NCBI RefSeq assembly: GCF_963921235.1
Contig: NC_086097.1
Location: 143,098,001 to 143,162,000, forward strand
Direction: 5' to 3'
Origin: Mobula hypostoma
Lineage: Eukaryota
DNA: 64,000 bases
The position numbers and the translations under genes were made by a program. The first letter of the stretch is position 1. Every line of letters starts with the position of its first letter. Positions 62,945 through 64,000 of this stretch are shown in pieces. The notes below the pieces were generated by a model that was not told the origin of the DNA, made no database searches, and worked only from the letters and a program-made list of their open reading frames with translations.

Positions 62945-63800
62945 AACACAAAATGTAAAAAATAAACTTGGGTCAGGCAGCAATCACGGAAAGGGAAACA
63001 GTTAACATTTCAGGTCTGAAGCTTTTCACCAGAAATATTTTTTTTAAAAATTACTCTCAGTAACAGAAGAGAAGGGATAGGGCGAAGTGTGAAACCAGGG
63101 GCTTTTCTCAAATGGAATGAATATTGGGCCAGTTATGCTAAGGTTAAGCTTCATTTGAGTAAATGTATTGCTAACGTTGTACTGTACAGTTTCAGTATTG
63201 TGGAGCAGTTGCACAGTTTAAATGTGAAAAAAAGAGGAGACAAAAGAAAAAAAGATTGCAGGCTAAATGGGCAGTTGTCGTGAAAACAGAAAGAGCAAGC
63301 TAGCTAAAGTTCAAAAATTCAATATCGCGTCCTACGGGCTGCAAGGTGCCCTGATGGAAGGCAAGGTGTTACTCCTTAAACTTGCCTAGGACCTACGTTG
63401 TCACAGTGTCAAAAATCACAGCTAAAAAGTTGGAGTGGGATGGTGAATCAAAGCTCAGGATTGTTCCTAAGAATGGAGGACAGGCACTCCGCAAAATAAT
63501 CACTGAGTTGCATTCAATTTCTCAAATGCAAAGCAGAGCACATTTTGAACACTAAATAGAATATATTTGCAAGAACTGCAAGTAAATTGCTGCCTCATCT
63601 AGGAAAACATTTTGGGTGCCCGAATGAAGGGGAGGGGAAATCGGAGAAAGGACAGGTGTAGCACCTCCCAGTGAAGTGCCAAAGGATGAGTAGATGAGAT
63701 GAGTGCAGGCAGTTATCAAAGAACCAATTTCTTCTAAATGCTTAAAGGGAAGGAGAAGAAAATACATATCTGGTGGTGGAATCTAATTGGACCTAGTGGA
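62945..63800 (-). mobile_element. Old Penelope-like element remnants (pLTR and GIY-YIG C-terminus)
   Basis: Reverse pLTR at ~62950-63035. The minus strand near 63310-63370 reads HLAFHQGTLQPVGRDIEFLNF. Confidence 0.6.
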
Positions 63801-63819
63801 AGTTGCAAAGACTGATCAG

Positions 63820-64000
63820 TTGAGTGCAGAGACTTAGACAAACTTCTATAATGTACTGTATATTGACTTGTTGAATCATGGCATGGTATGGAAACACCAA
63901 TGCCCTTGCATGGGAAACCCAACAAGTAGTAGTGATTATAGCCCAGTGCAACATGGGTAAATCCCTCCCTACCATTGAGTATATCCACATAGAGCATTGT
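63820..64000 (+). mobile_element. Rex1/Babar fragment running off the window
   Basis: AWYGNTNA...AQ...GKSLPTIE remnant. Confidence 0.65.

Larger units (their letters stand above)
4415..64000 (-). other. nbeal2: Probable long 5' intron of nbeal2 (canonical exon 1, MA..ERL.ELW.LY, not seen in the window)
   Basis: The exon at 4414 starts at a 3' splice site in phase 0. No canonical first exon or CpG island was recognised upstream, and the region is repeat-dominated. Confidence 0.65.

Overview
This is vertebrate genomic DNA, most likely from a cartilaginous fish (ray or shark; inferred from the mix of CR1, Rex1, Penelope, DeuSINE and Gypsy repeats). The only recognisable host gene is neurobeachin-like 2 (nbeal2) on the minus strand. 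Two coding exons (4320-4414 and 1760-1921) splice in frame and match the NBEAL1/2 N-terminus. The canonical first exon was not found, so about 59.6 kb is probably one long 5' intron. That intron is packed with decayed and nested transposons, and nearly all ORF-track entries are TE remnants or chance ORFs. The most interesting signal is a Penelope-like element (PLE) system whose terminal repeats encode minimal type-I hammerhead ribozymes. One ribozyme is fully intact (48989-49026, on the nbeal2 sense strand). Several short fold-back insertions, the best preserved with a TSD, turn around at or within the ribozyme motif. Also notable: candidate alternative first exons in phase with nbeal2 exon 2, a CpG-rich non-tRNA retroposon, a Gypsy derivative carrying unexplained Lys/Glu-rich cargo, and a perfect 23-bp hairpin. 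Boundaries of old repeats are approximate, read by eye.
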